Assembly: GCF_001194135.2 (NCBI RefSeq)
Contig: NC_068981.1
Location: 193,272,005-193,322,648 of the forward strand
Length of the DNA stretch: 50,644 nucleotides
Reading direction: 5' to 3'
Origin: Octopus bimaculoides
Lineage: Eukaryota
Part shown: positions 1-11,569 of the stretch, piece after piece
How positions within the stretch are numbered: the stretch's first letter is position 1
Layout of the letters: each line of letters starts with the position of its first letter
The notes under the pieces: generated by a model
The model's input: only the letters and a program-made list of their open reading frames with translations
The model's database searches: none
What the model was told of the DNA's origin: nothing
Position numbers and translations under genes: made by a program

Positions 1-36
<36 letters not shown>

Positions 37-1044
37 CATACATACATACATATACACACATATATAGAGAGAGAAGATAAGAAATGGAGCAATAATTAAC
101 AATGAGAAGTGGATCATTGGTGTTTAAAAGTCATTATTTAATTGGATTTGGAACATTTACTATTTGGGATGTATATCTTCTGTGATGATTTTTTGATGTA
201 ATTTTCCTGCTCTTATTTAATATTTATTTATATAAATATATACATATACATATCTCACCCATGCCAGCATGGAAGGCAGACATTAAATAATGATGATGAT
301 GATGATGATGAGGTTTGTGTGTGTTTACCTTTGTCTTAACATCAAGTAATGCTTGTAAATGAGCATTACCAACATACAGGTAACGAGATTTGTTTTTGGT
401 ATTTCATGAAAATTATAAGTGTCCATGAGGAAACATTACTTTACTTGGAAACTAGTAAGGGTTGGAAACAAGAATGGTATGCAGCCATAGAAAAACCTGC
501 CTCTATAAATTCTGTCCAACCCATGCAAGCATGGAATAGTGGACATTAAAACAGTGATAATGACTACTTATGTCTGCAGAAGTTTTAATGGGAGAGAAGC
601 CGAAAAAATCCTAGCAAACTATTAATTGATAAATAAAATCAGGTCATACTTAAAATGATTTACAACATCAATTTCCAGCAGATATTAAAACACTTTAGAG
701 TCACTTAAAAGATGACATTAAAATAAATTTCCAGTTTTTCATCTGCCTTTTATAAGTTAATAATAATTTAATTAATTTACAAGAACAATTAATGTCCAAC
801 ATTTTGAATGAGCAGATCCTATGTTAAAAGAACATGAAGCACTGTGGTAAGTAATGTTACAATTATATGGACAATACTGGCAATGTATTTATTTGTGGGT
901 TGGCCTCAGGTGACGTTGGTTTATGGGGGTCAGGATTTGTTTGTATTAAATTGTGAAGGGATGAAGCAGATTAAAGTATGTTTTCTTTGTTTGTTGCAAA
1001 TAGATTGTCTCTTTGGAGACAGCATGTAAAATATATGTCATATG

Positions 1045-1058
1045 CTCACATACGTGTA

Positions 1059-1092
<34 letters not shown>

Positions 1093-1645
1093 CATACGTA
1101 CATAAATACATACGTACACACATGTACATACATGCATACATATGTACATACATAAATAAGTACATACGTACATACATACATATGTACATACATAAATAAG
1201 TACATGCGTATGTACATACATATGTACATACATAGATAAGTACATGCATACATACATACATACATACATACATAAATAAGTACATGCGTACGTACATACA
1301 TATATGTATTATGTAGATAAAGCTAAAATCCAAGCTGCGTGTTCTTGAAACACATCTGCTTATTTCAGTATTTCAAATCCATATGTTGATGTTATATTTG
1401 TGTGAGGTGTGCATAAGAGTTGAAAATAATGGAAAATATTTTCTGCAGAATAATATCAAAACAAGAAATTGCAAAAGTTTTTGGTTGGTACATATGTATG
1501 TACTTACATACATACAAAAATACATACATACATATATACATACATACATACATGCATTCATAAATACATACATACATACATGCACACACACACACACACA
1601 TACGTACATACATACATGCATACATACATACATACATACATACAT
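1045..1645. repeat. (TACA)n/(CA)n compound microsatellites (1045-1305, 1490-1645); many further (TA)n, (TG)n, (TC)n, (TACA)n and (GAT)n tracts across the window
   Basis: Directly visible. Confidence 0.95.
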
Positions 1646-1829
1646 AGTTGTGGAAATTAGCTGCCCAGTGGATGTTAACATAAAGCTGCAGATAAGTGAA
1701 AAAGAGAACACCTATGCTGAACTATTGAGAAATCTGCAGTTACTCTATCCAGATTACAAGTTCAGGTTTATACCTGTAATTATTGGGGCCCTGGGATATG
1801 TAACACACTGCCTAAATACAAACCTTTGA

Positions 1830-1835
<6 letters not shown>
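1645..1835 (+). mobile_element. R4/NeSL-like RLE-domain fragment
   Basis: VVEISCPVDVNIKLQISEKENTYAELLRNLQLLYPDYKFRFIPVIIGALG matches the E..CP....EK..KY..L....P.IIGALG pattern; flanked by microsatellites. Confidence 0.65.
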
Positions 1836-1869
<34 letters not shown>

Positions 1870-2136
1870 CATCACCACCACCACCAACAACAACAACAAT
1901 ATTGAAATATCCACTTTTACCTGCTTGCATGGTTTGGATGGAGTTTATTAAAGCAAATTTTCTATTGTTGGGTGCCCTTCCAGTCACCAGCCCTCATCTA
2001 TTTCCATACAAAATAATAATTCCCCATGGCCAAAATTGCTTTCGCAGAATATTGAAAATGGTTGACATTCATTTAAATCAATCACATAATGAACAAATCA
2101 CAAGGAGACACAAACATTCTTGCATGTATACACATG

Positions 2137-2288
2137 ACAAGCTTCTTTAAGTTTTTATCTATCAAATCCATTCATGAGACTTTGGTTAGCTTAAGGCTAT
2201 AGACTATACCTGCCATAGTTGTCACACGCTGGGACTGAACCCAAACACTTTTAATTGCAAAATGAACTTCTTAACCACTCAGCCATGG
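2137..2288 (-). mobile_element. SINE family A 5' half (similar partial copies at 28110-28250 +, 29884-30037 -, 32240-32375 +, 33943-34085 -, 44605-44706 -)
   Basis: GGGACTGAACC B-box (reverse) and the AAAGAAGC motif. Confidence 0.65.
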
Positions 2289-2468
2289 TTTCTGGGTATA
2301 GTCATATATAAGAACAGCTAATCAGTGAAGAATCATTTAATACATCTAAATACAGCATCACATGTATTTTTATACTTTGAAGTTTCATGAGAAAGCCAGT
2401 GACTAGCAAAATTTCAAAGTCACTGTCAACCTTTTCATTTTTGTTTCAATTTTGTAAATATATATGTG

Positions 2469-2558
<90 letters not shown>

Positions 2559-2568
2559 NNNNNNNNNN

Positions 2569-2602
<34 letters not shown>

Positions 2603-2606
<4 letters not shown>

Positions 2607-3523
2607 GTGGTATCAAAAAGCTCTTGGACTAGTTCTGTAGTACACCAACATATGGCAGCACATGGTTGCATGCCCAGTGAGAGCTATCAGTGACCTTCAT
2701 GAGACACTGTGCCATGTGACACTGTGTTTACTTCACAAGTTGTGAAATTTGTGATCACATGTATGCTGTAGTCTCTACCAAGTTTGTCCCCCACCTGCTG
2801 ACCACTGAGCCAAAAGAAGATTGCATCGAAGTCTGTCAGGATCTCCATCAGTGTGCCACTGATGACCCATCCTTCATGTTAAGTGGCATCACTGGTGAGG
2901 AGAGTTAGATCTACGGGTATGACCCTGAGATGAAGCAGCATTTGTCACAGTGGAAGAGGCCTTTATCTCCATTACTGAAGGAAGCATGACAGAGCTGCAG
3001 CTCAATCAAGAGCATGTTAATCCTTCTTTTCGATATCTGTGGCATTGTGCATTGGGAATTCGTCTCCCCGTGGTTTTTTAAAAGCATTTGAGGGATGACA
3101 TCCAGCACAAGTGATCAGATCTGTGAACCACGAAGAACTGGATTCTTTACAATGACAATGCACCCTGTCAGTGAGCTCTCCTCATTTGTGAGTTTCTCAC
3201 CAAAAACAACATGGTATCACTTCCACACCCACCTCATTCAACGGATTTTGCACTGTGGACTTCCATCTCTTTCTTAGGATGAAAATCTGGCTCAAAAGTT
3301 CATTGTTTTAACACTGTTGTTGGGATCCAGAGCGAATCACTGAAGATCCTTGACTTGCTTATAGAAAACGACTTCTAGGACAGATTCCAAAAGTGTCAGG
3401 AGCCTGGAACTGGTGTATTGCTGTGCAAGGTGACTATTTTGAAGGAGATGACATTAAAGCTTAGGTAAATAAGTTGTTTTTTATTAAATATAACTAGTCC
3501 GGGAACTTTTTGACACCACTTCA
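2603..3523 (+). mobile_element. Mariner (DD34D-type) transposon, internally deleted and decayed
   Basis: 33-bp TIRs (2602-2634 / 3492-3524, 5 mismatches). Remnant peptides KFVPHLLT, ITGEES*IYGYDPE, SMLILLFDICGIVH and NDNAPC; many stops and frameshifts; N-terminal HTH missing. Confidence 0.9.
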
Positions 3524-3535
3524 TGCACACACATA

Positions 3536-3608
<73 letters not shown>

Positions 3609-3901
3609 GAGTGGACAAATGAAAGGACACTTACATACACACATATTTTAGGTCCTGGCAGGGCATTTTCAGAGAAGAACTCAGCCCAAGTTTTGGGCTG
3701 TCAACACTGTTGAATTCCAGACTAATACTGAAAATTCTTCAAGTGTAGAAAATCTTGGATTCATGATGGTAAAGCCATTGTATGGGTGTGGTGAAGAGTA
3801 AACTCTAATCCATATAATAAGCAAAGAAATCCTTTACGACATCTTTAATATTAAAGATATGTTAAAGGATTTGTTCAACACAACATAAGTGGATAAAAAT
3901 T

Positions 3902-4109
3902 CCTTATTTATGGATTAAGCTACTATTGGATTCATGTTAAGAGAAAAATCCCTTAATATTTATCAACCCTTTCACATGGAACATTGATGTTTGTTTCATT
4001 TAATTAAGGACAGAGATGAGGACCAATGTTCCATGTGGCAGGTTTGATAATTGTTAATGGATTTCTATCTTAACATGAAACCAATGGTAGCTTTAACCCA
4101 TAAATAAAG
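3902..4109. repeat. ~208-bp imperfect palindrome (arms 3902-3986 and 4024-4109), probably head-to-head PLE LTR fragments
   Basis: Arms align as inverted repeats at roughly 80% by eye, with a perfect 14-bp inner stem CACATGGAACATTG/CAATGTTCCATGTG. Each arm carries a hammerhead-like motif. Confidence 0.85.
4040..4093 (+). ncRNA. Type I hammerhead-like motif with U3-A8 core variant
   Basis: AGGT-TTGATAA-T-TGTTAA(TG)GAT-TTCT-ATC-TTAACA-T-GAAA-CCAATGG-TA^GCTT. Stem II is 6+3 bp; stem I is weak (4 bp, 2 wobbles). Confidence 0.55.
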
Positions 4110-5339
4110 CGTGTGTGTGTGTGTGTGTGTACACATAGAAACAGTTAAGTATGTGCACATACATGAGTGCATGTACACATACAAGCAAAACTATGTATGT
4201 AGTTGTATGTTAGACTGAAAAAAAATTTTAGTTTTCATGTGGAATATATTTTTTTTTCTGAGAGTTTGGAAATCTTCATAGTTTCATAAAGCAAAAATGA
4301 AATGAAATGAAACATACCTGAATATCTGTTGATTAAGTTGATACTTTTAGTAGGACACGGTTCCCTTTTCACACAATCAGATAGATTGAAACATTGGCTG
4401 AGTCTTCTGTGCTGATGCAATCAATTTGCAGTTAGGATATTCTTGGCTGGGGTTCTCCACAAACCTCTAACAATTACATACATACATATATTTGTTTTAT
4501 CTTCTACTGTGTGATATTTGATGATGATGATGAGGATGATGAAAATTTCCAAGATTTTCGGTTTGTGTGAAATGCTTTGGATTTTCCAGATTGTTTCTAC
4601 CTCCAATGCATCCTGTTGGGCCACATGCTGACCAAAGTAATCACTGATTTTGCAAGTCTTCTTTTATGTTACTACATAAATGTGAGTATGTGTGTGTGTG
4701 TGTGTGTGTGACCGCGCACCTTCAAGTCAACGTACAAGTGGAATATGTAACTTGAACCAGTGTCTCTCAGCTTTGCAATGGTACTCAAGGATATAGTAAT
4801 GCGTTTGTTTGGTCTATAATCTTTTTATGTTGTGTAGAGTGGAGGAGTAGAGATTAGCAAAACAGTCAGAGAGACATGTTCACACCTGTTTTAGAGCAAC
4901 TGAAATATCCACTGAGATAAGGACCTAAGGTTAGGGCTCCTCCTTCATATATTTATAACATTATCCCATTATCCTATTGCTTTGGTCATCAGAACAATGT
5001 TGACTTTAGTCAGATTTAAGTACACTTAAAAAGCTATCTATTGCCTTTTTGTTCAACTGGAGAGGATTATTTTTCAGTGCCATTTTTGACTTGGGAGATA
5101 GTAAATAACCATTATGAGCTGACAAAAGTATCTCAATGTCATGCTTCATGCAAATATTAGCTTCTTTGTTAAAACATAACAGCTTTATTAGTTACAATAT
5201 ATTTAGGTCAGCTTTAGAAATGAGATTCTGTAAAAATTCTAATAGATATTTCTGTGATTCTTTAAGTTATTTAAAGTAATGAGAAAAAAGTTAAAATTAA
5301 ACACATTTGATTAACTCTCATAGATATCTTATTAACTCT

Positions 5340-5520
5340 TGTGGCATATCTGATTGTCTTATGCGGAATATCTACCTGAATGGTTGTTGTGAAGTATGTG
5401 ATTGACCCTTGAGGAGTATTTATTTAAATGTATGTTGTGGAGTAAATGAATGGCTGTTCTGGAATATTTGAATGAATGCGGTTGAATATTTATCTGAATG
5501 GTTGTGGAGTATCTTCACCA
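5340..5520. repeat. Degenerate ~23-27-bp tandem repeat
   Basis: Recurring GA(A/G)TAT(C/T)TA(C/T)CTGAATGGTTGTG-like units. Confidence 0.55.
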
Positions 5521-6002
5521 TGTATACCTGTTTCTGTGTCTTTGTCTCACTATCATCTTTCATCGTGTGACACAAGACCACCTCCTCCCCTCCCAGAAGA
5601 TTTTTGTTTGTCTTGCAAGGTAACTGGTAACCCTGTCAGTGCAGATGCCACTTAAAAAAGCATCCAGTCCGCACTTACCTGCTATCGCCCTTAATTCTCT
5701 ACACTCTCATTGCCTTGATATAACTACTTCAACCACTACCTCCAAGCTTCTCCTATATTTCTCCTATATTCTCTCTATCGTTTGATACAGTCACCTCATC
5801 CTGCCCATTCACTCAGCTCAAGCCTCTATATCACCTGACCTATTCTTGTCACCTCCAATGCCCCTCGAGGGCATGTCCCAACACATCTTCACCATCACTT
5901 CTCTCACTACCATTTTCATCTTACCATTCAACTCATTCTCCTTTGTTTTCTAACTTGGGTATCCTTGTATCTGTTTCTCAGCAACACACCTATATCTGTT
6001 CC

Positions 6003-7195
6003 TTCATCATCATCATGATTTTTTAATGTCTGCCTTCAATGCTGGCATGGGTGGGACGGTTTGACAGGAGCCAGCCAGGCAGAAGCCTGCACCAGACTTC
6101 TGTGACTGTTTTGGCAGGATTTTTACAGCTGGATGCCCTTTCTAACACCAACCACTCAGCAGAGTGGACTTAGTGCTTTTTATGTGGCGCAAGCACAGGC
6201 AAGGTCAATTTTGGCAAGGTTTTTGCAGCTGGATGTCCTTCCAAATACCAACCACTTTACGGTATAGACTGCATGCTTTTTAAGTGGTACCTGTACTGAC
6301 AGGGTCACCAAGTAACTTGCAAGACAAAAATCCTTTGCGAGGCGGAGGTGCATTGGAGGAGGTGATCTTGTGTCAGATGATAATGGGGCAGAAACAGGTG
6401 TCTTGCTGTAAAGAAAGTACTAGGTTACACAGCTGCAGAGAGAGAGGGGGGAGGGGGAGAGAGGGAGATCAGGAATGAAGATAGAAACAGGTGTGCTGCC
6501 ACAAAGGAGATACATTTGTTACCCAGCCTAAGAGAGGTACAGGAGAAGGAGAGAGAGAGAGAGAGTTGGAGACAGCAGGTCAGAGATGGTGGCAAAGTGC
6601 CAGGCATACTCACAAGGGATGGGGATCAGAATATAAATAGGATGGTTGAGTAAAAACAGAGAGAGATAAAGATGGTGGAAAGTGCCAGGACGTATCCTTG
6701 AGGGTTGAAGGCCATAATATAAAAGGCAGGATATTGCCAAAGAAGTGTGATTAAAGAGTGTGGAAGGGAAATGAGTGGTGAAAACCTGGGTATATATAGA
6801 GATGGGGGCTACTGGATAGCAATGATACAGAGAAACAGGGTTGTGAGAACAGGATTGGAGAGTGAGAGATAGGCATAGTGTACGAAGGATGAAATGTGAG
6901 GAAGAGATGTAGATTAGTTCGTTGGGGCAGGGTGTGAAAAGTTTTCTTGTTACGTGTAGCTGGAAGACACAGAGCTTCTAGAACTTTCCATGAAAGTTTT
7001 GCTGACATAGGCAGGTCTTCTAAAGAACCTCATATCACCAAACATCTCAGTCCATTTCCTCCATGTGACCCAACATCTTGAGATCAGTCCTTACCACTTC
7101 GTTCCAGGTCTTCCTGGGTCTCCCTCTTCCACGGGCATCATCCAATTTCAGTGATCAGTATTTCTTTATGCAGCTGTCCTCATTCATACACGTTA
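6003..7195 (-). mobile_element. RTE-clade LINE 3' end (ORF C-terminus plus ~1-kb 3'UTR)
   Basis: 7195-7010 translates MNEDSCIKK..RGRGRPRKTWNEVVRTDLKMLG, followed by a pyrimidine-rich 3'UTR and the shared (GAT)n tail at 6003. Confidence 0.75.
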
Positions 7196-7916
7196 AACGA
7201 TGCTGATGATGTCACTCTTTCTATCTAAGGCATCATCTTTACCCTTGTAACAGCTATGTGCCTTAAACCTCTCAACTGACACAAAGCCACACCCACTCAA
7301 TACTACTCCCCCTCCTCCCAGGAGGCGCCCCATAAGAAAACATCTAGTACACACTGTATAATAGATGGCATTAGCAAAGGCATACAGCTGTAGAAACTAA
7401 ACCAAAACAAACAATGGAACTTAATATGGCTCTTGGCCTTGCCAGTGCCTGTAAAACTGTCCAACCCATGTCAGCATGGAAAACCAACATTAAATGACAA
7501 TATGACTAGATGAATACTTCAGACTAATTTTCATGTTAAATTGAATAGTCTGCTGTTCAGGAAGTGCAATGTTGCATGCAGCCACGACAGAAGAATGGTG
7601 ACAGCTGAACATTATTCTTTTATTCTTTTACTTGTTTCAGTCATTTGACTGCGTCCATGCTGGAGCACCACCTTTAGTCAAACAAATCGACCCCAGGGCT
7701 TATTCTTTGTGAGCCTAGTACTTATTCTATCAGTCTCTTTCACTGAACCAATAAGTTATGGGGATGTAAACACACCAACATTGGTTGTCAAGTGATGGTG
7801 GTGGGACAAACACAGACACACAAATACATACATACATACATAAATACATACGTATATATGGATATATATCTATATCTATATCTCTCTCTATATATATATT
7901 TATATATATATATATA

Positions 7917-8293
7917 ATAATATTAGGGACAAAATCCAAAATTACAGGTAAAAACCCAATTAAAATCAATTTATAAAAAATTAAAATTAAATTGAGCTTT
8001 ATAGATAAAATATATATAAAATATATAGTTTTAGGGAAAATAACCAAGTTTCAAGAACTCATCGATGAAAATCCACTATCACATATAGAAAAATTAACAA
8101 TTAAAAGCACAATAAATGAGTATAATATAAAGCAAAGTAAATATCATAAGATAAATATAATAAAATGATTACACGTGTTTCATAACTAATTTTCAAATAG
8201 AAAAGAAATTTAAATCGATTAAAATCATTTGAAATTATCGAAAATTAGATTCTATTCAAAAATATAGCTAATCGTCAGATCGTAAGTAGAACA
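7917..8293 (-). mobile_element. Penelope-like element 3'/LTR segment running into an assembly gap
   Basis: Hammerhead motif followed on the minus strand by a very T-rich 3' region ending in a (TA)n tract inside a SINE's internal microsatellite. Confidence 0.6.
8165..8283 (-). ncRNA. Type I hammerhead ribozyme motif with long stem II (PLE type)
   Basis: Minus strand: ACGAT-CTGACGA-[~20-bp stem II hairpin, ~90 nt]-GAAA-CACGTG-TA^ATCAT. Intact core, palindromic stem III, GUA cleavage triplet, stem I GAT/ATC (ACGAT/ATCGT before one CpG-type change). Confidence 0.75.
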
Positions 8294-9139
8294 NNNNNNN
8301 NNNNNNNNNNNNNNNNNNNNNNNNNNNNNNNNNNNNNNNNNNNNNNNNNNNNNNNNNNNNNNNNNNNNNNNNNNNNNNNNNNNNNNNNNNNNNNNNNNNN
8401 NNNNNNNNNNNNNNNNNNNNNNNNNNNNNNNNNNNNNNNNNNNNNNNNNNNNNNNNNNNNNNNNNNNNNNNNNNNNNNNNNNNNNNNNNNNNNNNNNNNN
8501 NNNNNNNNNNNNNNNNNNNNNNNNNNNNNNNNNNNNNNNNNNNNNNNNNNNNNNNNNNNNNNNNNNNNNNNNNNNNNNNNNNNNNNNNNNNNNNNNNNNN
8601 NNNNNNNNNNNNNNNNNNNNNNNNNNNNNNNNNNNNNNNNNNNNNNNNNNNNNNNNNNNNNNNNNNNNNNNNNNNNNNNNNNNNNNNNNNNNNNNNNNNN
8701 NNNNNNNNNNNNNNNNNNNNNNNNNNNNNNNNNNNNNNNNNNNNNNNNNNNNNNNNNNNNNNNNNNNNNNNNNNNNNNNNNNNNNNNNNNNNNNNNNNNN
8801 NNNNNNNNNNNNNNNNNNNNNNNNNNNNNNNNNNNNNNNNNNNNNNNNNNNNNNNNNNNNNNNNNNNNNNNNNNNNNNNNNNNNNNNNNNNNNNNNNNNN
8901 NNNNNNNNNNNNNNNNNNNNNNNNNNNNNNNNNNNNNNNNNNNNNNNNNNNNNNNNNNNNNNNNNNNNNNNNNNNNNNNNNNNNNNNNNNNNNNNNNNNN
9001 NNNNNNNNNNNNNNNNNNNNNNNNNNNNNNNNNNNNNNNNNNNNNNNNNNNNNNNNNNNNNNNNNNNNNNNNNNNNNNNNNNNNNNNNNNNNNNNNNNNN
9101 NNNNNNNNNNNNNNNNNNNNNNNNNNNNNNNNNNNNNNN
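8294..9139. other. Assembly gap (other gaps: 2559-2568, 23652-23767, 38916-39033)
   Basis: Runs of N, mostly bordered by microsatellites. Confidence 1.
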
Positions 9140-10729
9140 ATACATACATACATACATAAATACATACGTATATATGGATATATATCTATATCTATATCTC
9201 TCTCTATATATATATTTATATATATATATATACATATGCACACACACATACACATATACAACAGGCTTCTTTCATTTTCCGTCTACCAAATCCACTCACA
9301 AGGCTTTGGTTGGCCTCAGGCTATAGTAGAAGAGACTTGCCCAAGGTGCCATGCAGTGGGACTGAACCCAGAACCATGTGGTTGGGAAGCAAGTTTCTTA
9401 CCACACATCCATTCCTGCGCCTATGGTAATGATTTCTCAAAATATTATTCCCATGATCCCTAATCCTACATTAGTCACATGGGCTGTTTTGTTACCCACA
9501 GATGGTTTGTAAGTGCTTGTTATTTCTAATTGGCAACTTGTTTCTCTTGCTCCCTCTCAATGACTCCCCTGACTCACTGAGGGTGTGTAGCATGTGGTGT
9601 AAAGTTGTAGCTCAGTTGTCATGGGAGGCAGACGTTATTTGGTCTTCAACCAGTGGGGAATCAGAGTGATCAGTAATGACTGTATAATGAGCTTACTTTG
9701 ATTTTTCTTTCATTTCTTTCACAATATATTTCCATTTCATGGAAATATGTCATGGCTATTTTTGATTAATAAAACTTTTCTTTGTCATTCTACTGATGTG
9801 TTTCACCTACAATTTACAACATGATTGTGTAACAGATTTATTATAATTTCCATTTCAATTAATAACTATATCCTCTGTTCAAGTTTTGATTTAATGTATA
9901 TTATAAAGGAGATTGCCTGTTTGTTATTTCTTTTAGCAGTATGATAATATTATACATAACTGTAACACTATAAGCTTATTTGTATTGGGGTGTGTGCACA
10001 CACCAGGGGACTATCCAGTTTTGGGAATCCAAGGTGACTAATACAATCTTCATGATTTGTGGAGAAATGTATACATTTTAGGTTGTTCCTTCATAAAATA
10101 CCTTCAACATTAGAATTATATTTCATTTTTGTATTTGGTTTGCAAAATTCTTTATGTGAATTCATGTGTTGAAGCATATTCTATTGTGTTTGGGGAGAGT
10201 CATTCTCTTTTAGTGCCTTATTACTTAACACACTCACCAGTTCAATTTCCACTCATTTACTTATTTATTATTTCTAAAATTTTCATTGCATCTTGCAACC
10301 TTTTCATTAGTTGTTGACTCCGTCCATTATCAGAGCTGCATTCTTTTTGCTTGTTAGTTTGTGTGCATGTATGTGTGCCAGTGTGCATATGTAATGCTGA
10401 AACAAATAGACTCCAACATTTGATGGGTCCTGTTGAATGTATTCTAACAAACGTAGTTAGGTTGTTAACACATTGTTTGTCATTGTCATTTAGCTGCAAG
10501 TCAATCCTGTGTGGTTAAGGTGTTGTACTCATTATCATGACCATAAAATTGTGATTTCCATTCTCTGCATTGTGTTCTTGAGCCAAACACTTTATTTCAC
10601 ATTGCTCCAGTCTAGTTAGCTGTAAAAGAGTTCTAGCAATAACTTGAAAGTTAACCCTGCAACAGATCAACTGCCTATTTCATCCCATTTGGTCCATCTA
10701 TTTGTCCCATCCATCCTGTTTGCCCCATA

Positions 10730-10893
10730 CATCCTGGCCATCTCCTGTCCCACCCATCCTGGCCACCTCATGTCCCACCCATCCTGGCCATCTCCTGTCC
10801 CACCCATCCTGGCCACCTCATGTCTCACCCATCCTGGCCATTTCATGTCCCATCCACCCTGGCCATTTCATGTCCCATCCATCTTGGGTCACC
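10730..10893. repeat. 25-bp minisatellite, ~6.5 units
   Basis: CATCCTGGCCA(TCTCC/CCTCA/TTTCA)TGTCCCA(C/T)C starting at 10730, 10755, 10780, 10805, 10830, 10855 and 10880. Confidence 0.95.
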
Positions 10894-10949
10894 CACAGTG
10901 TTTGTCTCTCTAACCATTTCCCTTACACACACTCCAAACTGTTTATTAT

Positions 10950-10987
<38 letters not shown>

Positions 10988-10989
10988 TG

Positions 10990-11020
<31 letters not shown>

Positions 11021-11021
<1 letters not shown>

Positions 11022-11326
11022 TCTGTTACTTGTTTCAGTCATTTGACTGTGGCCATGCTAGAGTACCACCTTTAGTCAAGCAAATCAACCCCAGGACTTA
11101 TTCTTGTAAGCTTAGTACTTATTCTGTGTCTCTTTTGATGAACCGCTAAGTTACAGGGACGTAAATGCACCAGCACCAGTTGTCAAACGATGGTGTGGGG
11201 ACAAACATACATGCACACACACACATATATATATACATGACGAGCTTCTTTCAGTTTCTGTCTACCAGATCCACTCACAAAGCTTTGGTTGACCCAAAGC
11301 TATAATAGAAGACACTTGCACAAGGT
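11021..11326 (-). mobile_element. SINE family A, head truncated by a LINE 3' end
   Basis: Reverse-complement match to family A. Confidence 0.8.
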
Positions 11327-11560
11327 ATATGGTGGTTGTCTACTCCTTATGCACAGTCTGACCACCTCCTGTATTTACACCTTCGATCTATCATGGCATC
11401 TGATGTGGCTTTTTAAACCAGACAATGTATTGAAAAGACACCCACATAGATTACATATCTGATTTGGACCACCAAGAGCTGCAGTTAAGTTCTGATCTTT
11501 GTGGATCCTAATATGTCTTTTGAGGCCTCTGTTAGATTTGCAGACCTTATGGCAATGAAA
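11327..11560 (-). mobile_element. LINE 3' end (probably RTE/BovB-like) encoding terminal C2H2 zinc fingers
   Basis: Stop-free frame FHCHKVCKSNRGLKRHIRIH-KDQNLTAALGGPNQI-CNLCGCLFNTLSGLKSHIRCH-DRSKV* (TAA at 11375-11377), then a ~50-nt 3'UTR. Confidence 0.55.
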
Positions 11561-11569
11561 GATATATAT

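Larger units (their letters stand above)
7613..9424 (-). mobile_element. SINE family A split by the PLE insertion and gap (3' half 7613-7823, 5' half 9261-9424)
   Basis: Both halves match the reverse complement of 44032-44393. Confidence 0.8.

Noticed and set aside
946-1829. Numerous 60-150-aa ORFs rich in MYVC/YIHT/HTH repeats (also near 2.4, 3.4, 15, 21, 25, 29, 44 and 50 kb)
   Set aside because: Translations of (TACA)n, (TG)n and (TA)n microsatellites, which lack stops in several frames; no coding signal.
8040-8080. TCGATGAG-TTCTT-GAAAC on the minus strand
   Set aside because: Core mismatched, and no stem I or usable stem II.
8252-9261. 293-333-aa ORFs in the track
   Set aside because: Artefacts of reading through the N gap; the same applies at 23.6-23.9 kb and 38.8-39.1 kb.
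9726-9748. Perfect 10-bp hairpin ATATTTCCAT-TTC-ATGGAAATAT
   Set aside because: Short and AT-rich, with no supporting context; plausible by chance in 50 kb.
10730-10893. Regular repeat array as a possible CRISPR
   Set aside because: Contiguous units without unique spacers, eukaryotic context and no cas genes.
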